NCBI GenBank assembly: GCA_043819795.1
Contig: JBDREN010000049.1
Span: 27,409 to 91,408 of the forward strand
DNA length: 64,000 bases
Direction: 5' to 3'
Source: Elusimicrobiota bacterium
GTDB taxonomy: Bacteria > Elusimicrobiota > Elusimicrobia > UBA1565
Part shown: positions 27,570-38,126 of the stretch, in pieces
Numbering within the stretch: position 1 is the stretch's first letter
How the letters are laid out: the number at the start of each line of letters is the position of its first letter
Notes under the pieces: generated by a model
Seen by the model: the letters and a program-made list of their open reading frames with translations, nothing else
Told to the model about the DNA's origin: nothing
The model's database searches: none
Made by a program: the position numbers and the translations under genes

Positions 27570-29531
27570 ATGATGCCTCTGAGAAGAATCAAGAGCCTGC
27601 TCTGGTTCGTCCTGGGCGCGGGCATGGTGACCATCGCCGCGCGGCTGCTCACCGGGCTCGGCGCGGTCACCAACCTGTCCCACAACGTTTCCTGGGGCCT
27701 GTGGAACGCGGTCAAGATCAGCATCGTGCCCCTCTCGGCCGGAGGGTTCGTTTTGGCTGCGATCGTCTACGTCTTCCATATGGAGAGGTTCCGTCCCGTG
27801 CTCCGTTTGGCCATCCTTACGGGGTTTTTGGGCTACTCGACCTTCGCCACGATGCTCATGTTCGATATCGGGGTGCCCTACCGGATATGGCATCCCATGG
27901 TCTACTGGCAGCACCATTCCGTGCTCTTCGAAGTGGCGTGGTGCGTGATGCTGTATCTGACCGTGCTGGCCCTCGAGTTCTTGCCCAACGTGCTGGAGCA
28001 TCCTCTGCTGAAGCACCCCCTGCTCCAGAAGGGATACAAGCTCCTGAAGAGCGCGACCGTACCCCTGGTGACCGCGGGGATCGTGCTGTCCACGCTGCAC
28101 CAGTCGTCGTTGGGCTCGCTGTTTTTGATCGTCCCCCACCGTCTCGATCCCTTATGGTACAGCCCGCTGATACACGCGCTCTTCCTGGTCTCCGCCGTCG
28201 GGATGGGGCTTCTGGTGATCGCCGTGGAGGCGGTCCTGATCGAGCGTCTCTACGGCGTCAAGGCGCCGCTGGACGTCCTCGCCCCTTTGGCCCGCGCGGG
28301 CGCGGTGGTGATGGCCCTCTTCTTGGCCGTCAGGCTGGCCGACCAGGTCGCTCGCGGGGTGCTCCCGGGTGCTCTGAGCACATCTCCGATGGCGGCGGCA
28401 TTCGTCCTTGAGACTCTGATCGCCTCGATCGTGCCGCTGCTGCTTCTGCGCAGGAGCGTCCGCGAGAGCCGCGGGGGCCTGTTCGCCTGCTCTCTTTCCG
28501 CGGTGCTGGGAGTCGTCTGGTACAGGTCGAACGTCGCCTTGCTGGCCATCGACTGGGGCGAGGCGGCCTATTTCCCGGCGTGGACCGAGTTCGCCCTGTG
28601 CTTCGGCATACTGGCCGGGTCGGGCTTGGTGTTCTTCTTGCTGCTGGAGAACCTGGACATTTATTACGGGCCGGCCGCATCCGGCCGTGACCGCGAGCCG
28701 CAGGTGCCGGGGTTGGCGTTCGAGGCTTGGCTGGCGGACGCGAGGATCACCGCGGCCAGGCGCTATTCCCTGTTCATCGTGGCGGGCGCGGCGGCGGCCG
28801 TCTTGTTTCTCCCCGAGGGCACGGTGTTCGGAGCCAGGCCCGCGGACACGCCGGCGGCGCAGGCCCGGCGGGTCCGGGGCTTGTCGGTCCGGACCGGCGG
28901 CGGACGCGTCAGCACGCTGCGCCTCGGCGAGAGGCCGGTCCCCGCTAAGGGCCGAGTGAAGCGCCTGCCGCTTTACCTGATTGACGGCGACCGCGATGAG
29001 GACGCGGTCCTCTTCGATCACGCGGGCCATGTCAAGCGGGCGGGCGGCGAGAAGCGCTGCGGGGTGTGCCATCACCTGAACATGCCGCTCGACGAGAACA
29101 CCTCCTGCCATGAATGTCATCGCGACATGTACGAGCCCGCCTCCGTGTTCAGCCACGCATCGCATGTGCGCGAACTCGGGGGGAACGCGGGCTGCGTCAA
29201 GTGCCATGAGGATCCTCTCGTGGTGAAGGACCGCCGGACGGCCGTCGCTTGCGGGGAATGCCACTCCGATTCGGCGGCAAAGGGCTCCTTCGTCGAGGCG
29301 CCGGGGCCGAGGTGGGGGGCCGCGCCGGGCTACGCGGACGCGATGCACGGCCTCTGCGAGAGTTGTCATAAGAAGAAGGCGAAAGAAGAGCCGGGCCGTT
29401 ATCCCGCGGCGCTGGGGCGTTGCGCCGCCTGCCACGATACGGACCGCCCCATGGATATCCGTCGGATGGCGCCGCGAAGTGATAGAATGCGGGCCATGCG
29501 CGCCGAGGAACGCGGGCTCTCGGGCGGCTGA
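27570..29531 (+). CDS. NrfD/HybB/HmcC-like membrane subunit fused to a hexaheme cytochrome c3-like domain
   Basis: TNLS..VSWGLW, SVLFEVAWCV, LSTLHQSSLGSL and YFPAWTE NrfD motifs, an extra TM helix, then 6 CxxCH motifs with FDH/FSH distal-His motifs. Confidence 0.9.
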   Translation: MMPLRRIKSLLWFVLGAGMVTIAARLLTGLGAVTNLSHNVSWGLWNAVKISIVPLSAGGFVLAAIVYVFHMERFRPVLRLAILTGFLGYSTFATMLMFDIGVPYRIWHPMVYWQHHSVLFEVAWCVMLYLTVLALEFLPNVLEHPLLKHPLLQKGYKLLKSATVPLVTAGIVLSTLHQSSLGSLFLIVPHRLDPLWYSPLIHALFLVSAVGMGLLVIAVEAVLIERLYGVKAPLDVLAPLARAGAVVMALFLAVRLADQVARGVLPGALSTSPMAAAFVLETLIASIVPLLLLRRSVRESRGGLFACSLSAVLGVVWYRSNVALLAIDWGEAAYFPAWTEFALCFGILAGSGLVFFLLLENLDIYYGPAASGRDREPQVPGLAFEAWLADARITAARRYSLFIVAGAAAAVLFLPEGTVFGARPADTPAAQARRVRGLSVRTGGGRVSTLRLGERPVPAKGRVKRLPLYLIDGDRDEDAVLFDHAGHVKRAGGEKRCGVCHHLNMPLDENTSCHECHRDMYEPASVFSHASHVRELGGNAGCVKCHEDPLVVKDRRTAVACGECHSDSAAKGSFVEAPGPRWGAAPGYADAMHGLCESCHKKKAKEEPGRYPAALGRCAACHDTDRPMDIRRMAPRSDRMRAMRAEERGLSGG

Positions 29532-29535
29532 AACC

Positions 29536-30651
29536 ATGGCCCCCAAAGAGATAGAAAGCTGGCTTCGATCGAGCCTCTTTAACGAGGTCCCGGTGAGCAT
29601 CTGCGTGATCGACCGGGGTTTCCGGATCATCGAGGCGAACCGGAGGTTCAGGGAGGAATACGGCCCCTGGAAGGACCGGGCGTGCCACGAGGTCTGCAAG
29701 GGTCTGGAGGAGCCCTGCGAGCGTTGCGGCGCGGTCAAGACCTTCTCGGACGGGCGCGTGCGCAACCGGGAGGAGACGGGAGCGGGCGGGAAGCACTACC
29801 TGGTGCACATGGTCCCCATCACCACCGACGGCGGGGATATCTCCTACGTCATCGAGACGTTCACGGATATCACGCAGGTGAAGCAGCTGGAGGGCGAGAA
29901 GCGCGAAGCCGAGCGTCTGGCCGCCGTCGGCGAGACCGTGGCCGGCATCGCCCACGGCATGAAGAACGTGCTTACCGGGCTCGAAGGCGGCGTCTATGCC
30001 GTCAATACGGGCATCCAGCATGGCGACGACGAGAGGATCACCGAAGGCTGGGCCATGCTCGAGGAGAATATCGCGCGCATCTCGGAGTTTGTCAAGGAGT
30101 TCCTGGCTTTCTCCAAGGGGCGCATCGCGCGGGTGGCCTTCGTGGACCCCAACGCCCCGGCGCGGGCGGTCTTTGAGCTCTTCCGGGAGAAGGCCGCGCA
30201 GGCGGGCATCGAGCTGAAGGCGGACCTGCAAGAGGGGATTCCTCCCGCGCCCCTGGACGAGCAGGGGATCCACGCCTGCCTGGCCAACCTCGTATCGAAC
30301 GCCCTGGACGCCTGCTCCATGGGCGAGCAGCGGCGCGCGTGCGTGGTGACGATTCGCTCCCGGGAGCGCAGCGGGACGCTAGTGTACGAGGTTGCGGACA
30401 ACGGCCGCGGGATGGACTACGAGATCAGTAGGAAAGTGTTTTCGAGGTTCTTCAGCACGAAGGGCTCGGACCGGGGCACGGGTCTGGGGCTGCTCACCAC
30501 TAAGAAGACCATCCACCAGCACGGCGGCCGGGTCTCGTTCAGCTCCGAGGAGAGCAGGGGCTCGGTGTTCCGCATCGAGCTTCCCCGGGAAAGACTGCCC
30601 AAGCCGGGCGGGAAGCCCGCCCAACGACAGGCCGCGGAAGGAGACGCCTGA
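29536..30651 (+). CDS. PAS sensor histidine kinase
   Basis: Cys-containing PAS (CHEVC...PCERC), AGIAHGMKN H-box, FFSTKG..GTGLGL. Confidence 0.9.
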   Translation: MAPKEIESWLRSSLFNEVPVSICVIDRGFRIIEANRRFREEYGPWKDRACHEVCKGLEEPCERCGAVKTFSDGRVRNREETGAGGKHYLVHMVPITTDGGDISYVIETFTDITQVKQLEGEKREAERLAAVGETVAGIAHGMKNVLTGLEGGVYAVNTGIQHGDDERITEGWAMLEENIARISEFVKEFLAFSKGRIARVAFVDPNAPARAVFELFREKAAQAGIELKADLQEGIPPAPLDEQGIHACLANLVSNALDACSMGEQRRACVVTIRSRERSGTLVYEVADNGRGMDYEISRKVFSRFFSTKGSDRGTGLGLLTTKKTIHQHGGRVSFSSEESRGSVFRIELPRERLPKPGGKPAQRQAAEGDA

Positions 30652-31199
30652 TGGACAAAGAGAACGCCAAAGGACGCGCCGAGGATAAGACCGTACTCGT
30701 GGTCGATGACGAGCCGAACGTGCGCCGCCACCTGGCCCACATCCTAGAGGACGCCGGCTTCAAGGTCCTTACGGCCTCCGATGGGGATGAGGCCCTGAAG
30801 ACCATCCGGGAGCGGCGCCCGGACATCATCTCGCTCGACCTGGTCATGCCGCGCAAGAGCGGGCGCCGGCTGCTCTACGAGCTGAAGAAGGATAAGGAGC
30901 TCTCCCGCATCCCGGTGGTCATCGTCACCGCGCACGCCCAGGACGAGCTGGGCCAGAGCGACATGGAAGCCATCAGGGAGAGCATGATCATATCGGGCCC
31001 GGGCTTCTATCTGGAGAAGCCGGTTAGGCCCATGGACTACGTGCGCTGCATCCAGGAAGCCCTGGGCATCGAAGTGGCGGATCAAGCCGCGGACAAAGTC
31101 AGCCTCAAGGACGAGCTGAAGCGGCAGATGCAGGGGGCGGAGCCGCACGCGCTGCGCCGCGCCCTCGAGGCGTTGAGAAAGAAAGGCCCGCCGCGCTAG
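30651..31199 (+). CDS. Receiver-domain response regulator with helical C-terminal tail
   Basis: VVDDE, ISLDLVMP, VTAH, LEKP; no DNA-binding domain. Confidence 0.88.
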   Translation: MDKENAKGRAEDKTVLVVDDEPNVRRHLAHILEDAGFKVLTASDGDEALKTIRERRPDIISLDLVMPRKSGRRLLYELKKDKELSRIPVVIVTAHAQDELGQSDMEAIRESMIISGPGFYLEKPVRPMDYVRCIQEALGIEVADQAADKVSLKDELKRQMQGAEPHALRRALEALRKKGPPR

Positions 31200-31218
31200 A
31201 GGGCCGAGGAGACCTGCG

Positions 31219-31572
31219 ATGGCGAAGAAGATCCTGATCGTCGAAGACGAGCCGCACGTCGTGAAGTATCTCGAGATGTTCCTCCACGACGCGGGCTTCC
31301 AGACGGTATCCGCGAGCGACGGTCAGACGGGTCTGGAGCTGGCCAAGCGCGAGAAGCCGGACCTGGTGATCCTGGACCTTATGATGCCGAAGAAGACGGG
31401 GACGGACTTCTACCGGAAGCTCTCCAGGGACAAGGAGCTCGGCGATACCCCCGTCATCGTGGTCAGCGGTCTGGCCGGCCGAGATCTCGTCGTCAGGAAG
31501 CCTGCGGCGGTGTTCGACAAGCCCCCGGACCGCGAGGGGCTCATCGCCGCCATCAAGAAAGCCCTCCCGTAG
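31219..31572 (+). CDS. Single-domain response regulator
   Basis: ILIVEDE, LDLMMP, FDKP. Confidence 0.9.
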   Translation: MAKKILIVEDEPHVVKYLEMFLHDAGFQTVSASDGQTGLELAKREKPDLVILDLMMPKKTGTDFYRKLSRDKELGDTPVIVVSGLAGRDLVVRKPAAVFDKPPDREGLIAAIKKALP

Positions 31573-31637
31573 AGCCCCGGCTTCTGGAGCTTGCCCGGAG
31601 CAGGTATCCGGGCGACCGCCCCGGCAGGAACGTTGCG

Positions 31638-31646
31638 TGCTATAAT
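31638..31646 (+). promoter_or_regulatory. Extended -10 promoter for the hydrogenase operon
   Basis: TGCTATAAT 32 nt upstream of ATG 31679. Confidence 0.5.
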
Positions 31647-31678
31647 CCTGTGAGAACGCGGCGCCGGGGGGAAGTCCG

Positions 31679-32722
31679 ATGCTGTACAAGGTGATCACGA
31701 AGGCCGAGTTTCGGAAGTTCGTCGACGGCCTGATCCAGGACAACCAGACTATAGGCCCCAAGCGGGTCGCCACGGACGCGAAAGGCAAGCCCGTCTACCA
31801 GTTTGTCGAGGTCCGCTCCTTCGACGAGTTGGACCTCGACTACACGATCACCTACTCCTCGGTGAAGAATTTCTTCCACCCCTTCCGCGAGGAGCTGTCT
31901 CGTTTCAAGCTGAAAGATGACGATTGGGAGCAGGAGATCGAATACCGCGTCAATCCGAGGGTCATCATCGGCGTGCGGCCGTGCGACATCAACGCCTTGG
32001 CGATCCTGGACAAGGTGTTCTTGAGCGGGAGATTCCCCTCGCCGTACTACATCGCCCGGCGCCGGAACACCTTCCTGATCGGAATGGACCATCTGCCCCT
32101 GGATGACTGCTTCTGCGAGTCCCTGAACCGGCACGCCCCGCGCGAGGGGTTCAACCTCTACTGCTCGGACATCGGGGACAGATACTATCTCTCGATCCTT
32201 TCCTCAAAGGCCTTCAGCTTCCTCAAGAACGTGAGGACGAGCGAGCCCTCCAAGGCGGACAACAAAAGATACATCGAGAGAAGAAAGCTCATCAAACGGA
32301 GCTTCAAGACCAAGGTGGAGGTCTCGGGCCTGCCGAGCTTCCTGGACATCGAGTTCAAGTCCCCGATATGGGATAAATGGGGGGACAAGTGCCTGAACTG
32401 CGGGACATGCGCCATGGTCTGCCCCACGTGCTACTGCTACGGGGTGGAGCAGTCCGTGGACGTGGACCTGAAGACCGCCCGCAAGGAGCGCATGCTGTAC
32501 TCCTGCAACGTCGTGGATTTCGCGGAGGTGGCCGGAGGGCACAACTTCAGGCCGAAGAAGGCGGACAGGCTGAAGTACCGGTTCTATCACCATTACAGGG
32601 GTTTCGAGGAGAACGCCGACGAGCAGATCTGCGTTGGCTGCAACCGGTGCGGCAGGGCCTGCCTGGCGGGGATCAACCCGAAGGACGTGATCAACGACTT
32701 GAGGCTGGAGACCGGAGAATGA
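31679..32722 (+). CDS. Group 3b [NiFe] hydrogenase (sulfhydrogenase) beta subunit, Fe-S
   Basis: [25 protein letters not shown] and [11 protein letters not shown] (HydB/AsrA family). Confidence 0.88.
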   Translation: MLYKVITKAEFRKFVDGLIQDNQTIGPKRVATDAKGKPVYQFVEVRSFDELDLDYTITYSSVKNFFHPFREELSRFKLKDDDWEQEIEYRVNPRVIIGVRPCDINALAILDKVFLSGRFPSPYYIARRRNTFLIGMDHLPLDDCFCESLNRHAPREGFNLYCSDIGDRYYLSILSSKAFSFLKNVRTSEPSKADNKRYIERRKLIKRSFKTKVEVSGLPSFLDIEFKSPIWDKWGDKCLNCGTCAMVCPTCYCYGVEQSVDVDLKTARKERMLYSCNVVDFAEVAGGHNFRPKKADRLKYRFYHHYRGFEENADEQICVGCNRCGRACLAGINPKDVINDLRLETGE

Positions 32723-33633
32723 AGGCGGGATTCAAAATACCCAGGCAGGACATCAATCTCGAGCCGTTCATGACGGCGCCTCCCCAGTTCAACCGCAAGA
32801 CCATCGTCATGCGCACGGACAAGGTCTACAAGTGCGAGCTCATCAACATCGTCGAGCTGACCTCCATGGAGAAGCTCTTCCATCTCAAGATCATCGACCC
32901 CCGCGAGAGGAAGCTGTTCTCCTTCCGGCCGGGACAGTTCGTGATGGTCCAGGTGCCCGGCTCCGGGGAGGTCCCGGTCTCCATATCGAGCTCGAGCAAC
33001 AACCGGGAGTTCCTGGAGCTGTGCGTCCGCAGGGCGGGGCGCACCACCGGCATGCTGCACCGGGCCCGGATCGGCGCGAAGGTGGGGATCCGCGGGCCCT
33101 TCGGCTCGTCTTTCCCCATGGAGGAGATGGCTGGCCACAACGTCCTGCTGATCGCCGGAGGGCTCGGCCTGGCCCCCCTGCGCGCCCCCATCTGCTGGGT
33201 CAACGAGCGCCGGGACCAGTACGGCGACGTCCACATCCTCTACGGCGCCAAAGAGCCTTCCCAGATGCTCTTCACGTACGAATTCAAGGAATGGGAACGG
33301 GTGAACCACATCAATCTGCTGACCATCGTCGAGAAGGCGGACAAGGCCTGGAAGGGCGGGACGGGCCTCATCACCGAGCTCTTCAGGGATTTCTCCATCA
33401 AGCCGCTCGACACCTACGCGATCGTGTGCGGGCCGCCCGTCATGTTCAAGTTCGTGTGCGGGCATCTGGACTCCATCGGGGTTCCCATGAACCGCATGTT
33501 CGTCTCCCTGGAGCGGCGGATGCACTGCGGCATGGGCAAGTGCTGCCGGTGCATGGTGGGCTCGACGTTCACCTGCGTGGAAGGCCCCGTGTTCGACTAC
33601 TGGAGCGTCATGAATTTGAAGGAGGCGATTTGA
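32719..33633 (+). CDS. Group 3b hydrogenase gamma subunit (FAD/NAD(P), [2Fe-2S])
   Basis: [38 protein letters not shown]...CVEGPVF. Confidence 0.9.
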   Translation: MKAGFKIPRQDINLEPFMTAPPQFNRKTIVMRTDKVYKCELINIVELTSMEKLFHLKIIDPRERKLFSFRPGQFVMVQVPGSGEVPVSISSSSNNREFLELCVRRAGRTTGMLHRARIGAKVGIRGPFGSSFPMEEMAGHNVLLIAGGLGLAPLRAPICWVNERRDQYGDVHILYGAKEPSQMLFTYEFKEWERVNHINLLTIVEKADKAWKGGTGLITELFRDFSIKPLDTYAIVCGPPVMFKFVCGHLDSIGVPMNRMFVSLERRMHCGMGKCCRCMVGSTFTCVEGPVFDYWSVMNLKEAI

Positions 33634-34385
33634 GATACCTCGGCATCGAGCTCAAGAAGCCCAGGATCGCCGTCTTCGACTTCACCTGCTGCGAGGGCTG
33701 CGAGCTGCAGCTGGCGAACAAGGAGGAGACCCTGGTCGATTTCCTCTCCCTTGTCGAGGTCGTGAACTTCCGGGAGGTGTCCTCGGACAAGAGCGAGGAC
33801 TACGAGATCGCCTTCGTGGAGGGGGCGGTCTCGAGGGAGGATGAGGTCGCTCGCCTGAAGAAGATCAGGGTGAACGCGAAGGTCCTCGTGGCTTTCGGCG
33901 CCTGCGCCTGCTTCGGCGGCGTGAACCAGATCAAGAACAAGTTCCCGCTCAAGTCGGTCGTCCGAGAGGTGTACGGCAGGCACCGCGTGGCCACGTCCAA
34001 GGTGCGGAAGATCAGCGAAGTGGTCAAAGTGGATCTCGAGATCCCGGGCTGTCCGGTCTCCAAGAAAGAGGTGGAAAGGATCGTCGTCGCTCTGGTCACG
34101 GGCGCGGGCATCAGCCTGCCGAAGTACCCCGTCTGCCTCGAGTGCAAGGCGAAGTGCAACGTCTGCGTCCTGGACCTCGGGCAGATCTGCCTGGGTCCGA
34201 TCACGCGCGCGGGCTGCGATTCGCCCTGCCCATCCGGGGGGACCGCGTGCCTGGGCTGCAGGGGGCCGGCGCCCGAGGCCAATTACGAGTCGTTCCTGCG
34301 GATATTGAAAGACCGGGGCTTCAAGGCCCCGGAGATCAAGGAGAGGCTCGAGTTCTACGGCGCCTTCAACGGGGTCATGAGATGA
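33630..34385 (+). CDS. Group 3b hydrogenase delta (small) subunit
   Basis: TTG start after [39 protein letters not shown]...CLGCRG. Confidence 0.9.
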   Translation: MRYLGIELKKPRIAVFDFTCCEGCELQLANKEETLVDFLSLVEVVNFREVSSDKSEDYEIAFVEGAVSREDEVARLKKIRVNAKVLVAFGACACFGGVNQIKNKFPLKSVVREVYGRHRVATSKVRKISEVVKVDLEIPGCPVSKKEVERIVVALVTGAGISLPKYPVCLECKAKCNVCVLDLGQICLGPITRAGCDSPCPSGGTACLGCRGPAPEANYESFLRILKDRGFKAPEIKERLEFYGAFNGVMR

Positions 34386-35656
34386 AGCGCGCCAGGGAGA
34401 TCACCGTACGCCATGTGACCCGGGTCGAGGGCCACGGCGACATCCATATCAAGGTGAAAGACGGCCGGCTCGTGGATGCGCGGTGGGCCGTGGTGGAGAC
34501 CCCGCGTTTCTTCGAGGCCATGCTCAAGGGCATGTCCCATGATCTGGCGCCCATACTGACGGCCAGGATCTGCGGCATCTGCTCCATAGGCCACTGCCTG
34601 GCGAGCCTGAGGGCGGTGGAGAGGGCCATGGACGTCAAGGTCCCGGAGACCGCGCGGCTGTTGCGCCTGCTCGCCAAGCACGGCGAGACCCTTCAGAGCC
34701 ACGCGCTCCACGTGTTCTTCCTGTCCGCGCCCGATCTCTTCAAGGTGGGGAGCGTCATCCCCCTGATCAAGTCCCATCCCGAGGTCGTCGGCATCGCGGC
34801 CAGGCTCAAGAAGCTGGGAAACGACGCTTGCGACCTGATCGCGGGGCGGACCACGCACCCGGTGAGCCTGGTGGTGGGCGGGCTCAGCAGGCTGCCCACG
34901 GACAAGCAGATCGAGGAGCTGAGGGGCGCGTTCCTTGCGAGGCTGCCGGACATGCGCGCGGCCGTCGACCTCTTCAAGACGCTTCCCATGCCGGACTTCC
35001 AGCGGGAGACGGAGTTCGTGTCATTGAAGGGCCAGGGGGACTATCCCTGGATCGGGGGGGATCTCGTGTCGTCCGACGGCGTCCGCAGGCCGGAGGACGG
35101 CTACCTGGCCATGACGAACGAATACAAAGTGGAGTTCAGCACCTCGAAGTTCGCCAAGCTGAGTAGGGAGTCCTTCGCGGTCGGCGCCCTGGCGAGGTTC
35201 AACAACAATCACAAGCATCTGCGGCCGGAGGCGAAGGGAGCCGCCAAGGCGCTGGGCTTGAGTCCCCTGAGCCACAACCCTTTCATGAACAACGTGGCCC
35301 AGCTCGTGGAATGCTATCACGTGATGCTGGAGTCCATCGAGTTGCTGGACGGGCTTCTGGGCCGCCGGGGAAAGACCGCGTCCCGTCCTTATAAAGTGAA
35401 GGCCGGCCGGGGCGTCGCCGCCGTGGAGGTGCCCCGGGGCATCCTCTACCACGAATACGAGCTCGACAAGAAGGGCAAGGTCGTCAGGGCGAACTGCGTC
35501 ATCCCCACCACGCAGAACCACGCCAACATCCACCACGATCTCCGGGCGCTCGCCGCGCGGCTGGTGCGGGAAGGCAAAAGCGACGGGGAGATCACTTTGC
35601 TGAGCGAGATGCTGGTCCGGTCCTACGACCCCTGCATCTCCTGCTCCGTCCACTAG
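34382..35656 (+). CDS. Group 3b [NiFe] hydrogenase alpha (large) subunit
   Basis: TRVEGHG, L1 RICGIC, EVPRG, L2 [10 protein letters not shown]. Confidence 0.93.
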   Translation: MKRAREITVRHVTRVEGHGDIHIKVKDGRLVDARWAVVETPRFFEAMLKGMSHDLAPILTARICGICSIGHCLASLRAVERAMDVKVPETARLLRLLAKHGETLQSHALHVFFLSAPDLFKVGSVIPLIKSHPEVVGIAARLKKLGNDACDLIAGRTTHPVSLVVGGLSRLPTDKQIEELRGAFLARLPDMRAAVDLFKTLPMPDFQRETEFVSLKGQGDYPWIGGDLVSSDGVRRPEDGYLAMTNEYKVEFSTSKFAKLSRESFAVGALARFNNNHKHLRPEAKGAAKALGLSPLSHNPFMNNVAQLVECYHVMLESIELLDGLLGRRGKTASRPYKVKAGRGVAAVEVPRGILYHEYELDKKGKVVRANCVIPTTQNHANIHHDLRALAARLVREGKSDGEITLLSEMLVRSYDPCISCSVH

Positions 35657-36561
35657 AGCAGATCTTTCGCCTCGGGGAAGCTCGTCTGGGTGCCGGACGA
35701 GCGCACGCTGAGGGCGGCCACGCGGTTGGCCCGCCGTACCGCTTCGGGCAGCGCCGTGCCGGAGGCCAGGAAGAAGGCCAGGCTGCCCACGAACGCGTCC
35801 CCGGCTCCGGTCGTGTCGACGGCCTTCACGGGCTCGACGGGCACGTGCTCGGCGCCGCCGCCGGCGACTAGCAGGCTGCCCCGCTCTCCCAGGGTCAGGA
35901 TCACCGTCCCCGCTCCGCGCTCCACGAGGACGCGCGCCGCGGCCTCGGCCTCCTTTGGGGTCCCCACCGGCATGCCGGTCAGGAGCTCGGTCTCGCTCTC
36001 GTTGGGGCAGAAGACGTCGCTCAGCCGGTAGAGCTCCTCCGGCAGGTCCGGACGGGCCGGCGCCGGATTGAAGATGGTCCTTACTCCTTCCTGGCGGGCG
36101 ATGCGCAGGGCGGCCAAGGAGACCTCCAGGGGGATCTCCAGCTGGCAGACCAGTATCCGGGCGGCGGCGATCGACCGGCGCCCGGCCTCGATCTCACCCT
36201 CGGTCAGCAGATCGTTGGCTCCGGTCACGATGATGATGGAGTTGCGCCCTTCCGGGTCCACGGCGATCGGGGCCACTCCCGAGAACGCCCGGTCGGTGAG
36301 ATGCACATGCCGGGTGTCCACTCCCAGGGACTCGAAGTTCTTCAAGGTGTCCTTGCCGAAGACGTCGTCTCCCAGCTTGGCCACCATGGCGACGTCGCCT
36401 CCCAGTTTGGCGGCCATGACCGCCTGGTTGGCGCCCTTGCCCCCGAATCCCATGTGGAAGCGGGTCCCATGCAGAGTCTCGCCCACGCGGGGCAGCCTCG
36501 GCACGTAACTGATCAGATCGAGATTGCATGCCCCCACGACGCAGATCTTCGGTCTATCCAT
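35653..36561 (-). CDS. rbsK: Ribokinase
   Basis: GGKGANQA, QLEIP, NPAPA, PNESE and DTTGAGDAF motifs. Confidence 0.92.
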   Translation of the reverse strand: MDRPKICVVGACNLDLISYVPRLPRVGETLHGTRFHMGFGGKGANQAVMAAKLGGDVAMVAKLGDDVFGKDTLKNFESLGVDTRHVHLTDRAFSGVAPIAVDPEGRNSIIIVTGANDLLTEGEIEAGRRSIAAARILVCQLEIPLEVSLAALRIARQEGVRTIFNPAPARPDLPEELYRLSDVFCPNESETELLTGMPVGTPKEAEAAARVLVERGAGTVILTLGERGSLLVAGGGAEHVPVEPVKAVDTTGAGDAFVGSLAFFLASGTALPEAVRRANRVAALSVRSSGTQTSFPEAKDLL

Positions 36562-36676
36562 GTGGCTTCCTCCTGAGCGTGCGGCCGGCCAGCTCGTAGA
36601 TGGTATGAAAAAAAGCGGGCGGCGGACCCGGGCCCGAGTCCCGCCGGAAGCATCCTACATGTGTTCGGTCAGGTTA

Positions 36677-36719
36677 TTGATTTGGGAGTACAGTTAAGCT
36701 ATACTATATAGAGTAGCTT
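36677..36719 (+). promoter_or_regulatory. sigma70 promoter overlapped by a palindromic operator
   Basis: TTGATT-17-TATACT; palindrome AAGCTA-ta-CTATATAG-ag-TAGCTT at 36696-36719. Confidence 0.65.
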
Positions 36720-36726
36720 TGTAATA

Positions 36727-37242
36727 ATGGTAGACCCTGCAAAGGCTTTTACCGAACCTGTGATTGCGATCGGGACGCTGGCTGAGAAGAGCGGCCTTTC
36801 CGTATCCGCGATCCGGAAGTACGAGGCGGAGGGCCTGCTCATTCCCTTTCGGACGCCTTCCGGCCATCGCCTGTTTTCTCACGAGGACATGGACCGGGTG
36901 AAGATCATCCGCCACATGATCCAGGAGCTGGGCCTGAACATCGAGGGCATCAGGAGGCTGCAGGCGCTGCTTCCGTGCTGGGAGCTGGTCCGGTGCTCGG
37001 AGGATAAGCGAAGCGAGTGCCCGGCCTACAAAGACAACTCCAAGCCGTGCTGGATGGTCCGGGGAGGGGACTGCAGCGCGCGCGGGAACGAATGCCGCAG
37101 CTGCGCGGTGTACCGGTTCGGCTCGCAGTGCACCGAGGACATCAAGCGCGTGGTGCACAACCGGGCGGCTCCGGAGGAGCTGAGCGAGGAAGTGCGGAAG
37201 GCTTTGAACAGGCTGGAACAACCTGAGAAGGGGGATAGATGA
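36727..37242 (+). CDS. MerR-family regulator with Cys-rich C-terminal (two-CW-type) domain
   Basis: IGTLAEKSGLSVSAIRKYE HTH, RTPSGHRLFS; CWELVRC...CPAY...PCW...C...CRSCAVY. Confidence 0.88.
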   Translation: MVDPAKAFTEPVIAIGTLAEKSGLSVSAIRKYEAEGLLIPFRTPSGHRLFSHEDMDRVKIIRHMIQELGLNIEGIRRLQALLPCWELVRCSEDKRSECPAYKDNSKPCWMVRGGDCSARGNECRSCAVYRFGSQCTEDIKRVVHNRAAPEELSEEVRKALNRLEQPEKGDR

Positions 37243-38126
37243 TAGTCATACTCACCTATGTCGCGTTGATCGTGTTCGGGGCGGGATTCCTTTATAGAGG
37301 CTTAAGCATCGCGATGATGCCGGTGCATCTGCGATGGGAGCTCGCGCCCGTGCCGCACGAAAAAGGAAGAGCCCATTACGGGGGGTCTTACCTGGAGGAG
37401 TTCGAGTGGTGGACCAAGCCCAGGGAGAAGTCGCTTGTGGGCGAAGCCTTCTACATGTTCCAGGAGATCGTCTTCCTCAAGGGAGTCTGGGAGCACAACC
37501 GCTCTTTGTGGGTGTTCTCCTTCCCGTTCCATTTCGGTTTGTACCTGCTCGTCGGCATGGGGGGGTGCCTCATCCTGGCGTCTTTCGGCGTCCCATTCTT
37601 CGGCCCGGCGGCTTTGGCCCTCGGAGGAGCGGGCTACGTGCTGGGCAGCGTCGGGACCTTGGGGCTCCTTGCCAGGCGCGCCTTCGACCCCAAGCTCAAG
37701 CCCTTCACCAGCATGGCGTCGTATTTCAACCTCCTGTTCCTGGCGGCGGTGTTCGTGACCGGCTGCGTCGCGTTGTTCTCGGGGGGCTTTCTGGCGGACA
37801 TGACCTCCTACCTCAAGGCCGTCGCCTTCGCCGAGGCGGGGCCGGCGCTGGGCGCCGCGATCTCGACGCACATCGCCGTGGGGATGCTCTTCCTCGTCTA
37901 CCTGCCGTTCACCTACATGATGCATTTCGTGGCCAAGTACTTCACCTACCACGAAGTGCGGTGGAACGGCGAGCCCATGTCGGGCAATGACGCCATGCAG
38001 GAAGAGGTCAAGAAGCTGCTCGGGCAGACCGTGACGTGGTCCGCTCCACACATCGGCGCCGACGGCAAGAAGAACTGGGTCGATATCGCCACCGCGGGGA
38101 CAGCCAAGGAGAAAAAAGATGCCTAA
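37239..38126 (+). CDS. DsrM/NarI-like membrane cytochrome b
   Basis: Multi-TM; SFPFHFGLYL, THIAVG...YLPFTYMMHF heme-b His motifs. Confidence 0.85.
   Translation: MIVILTYVALIVFGAGFLYRGLSIAMMPVHLRWELAPVPHEKGRAHYGGSYLEEFEWWTKPREKSLVGEAFYMFQEIVFLKGVWEHNRSLWVFSFPFHFGLYLLVGMGGCLILASFGVPFFGPAALALGGAGYVLGSVGTLGLLARRAFDPKLKPFTSMASYFNLLFLAAVFVTGCVALFSGGFLADMTSYLKAVAFAEAGPALGAAISTHIAVGMLFLVYLPFTYMMHFVAKYFTYHEVRWNGEPMSGNDAMQEEVKKLLGQTVTWSAPHIGADGKKNWVDIATAGTAKEKKDA

Noticed and set aside
31679..33633. Anaerobic sulfite reductase asrAB
   Set aside because: Followed by [NiFe] small and large subunits rather than siroheme AsrC, so these are hydrogenase beta/gamma
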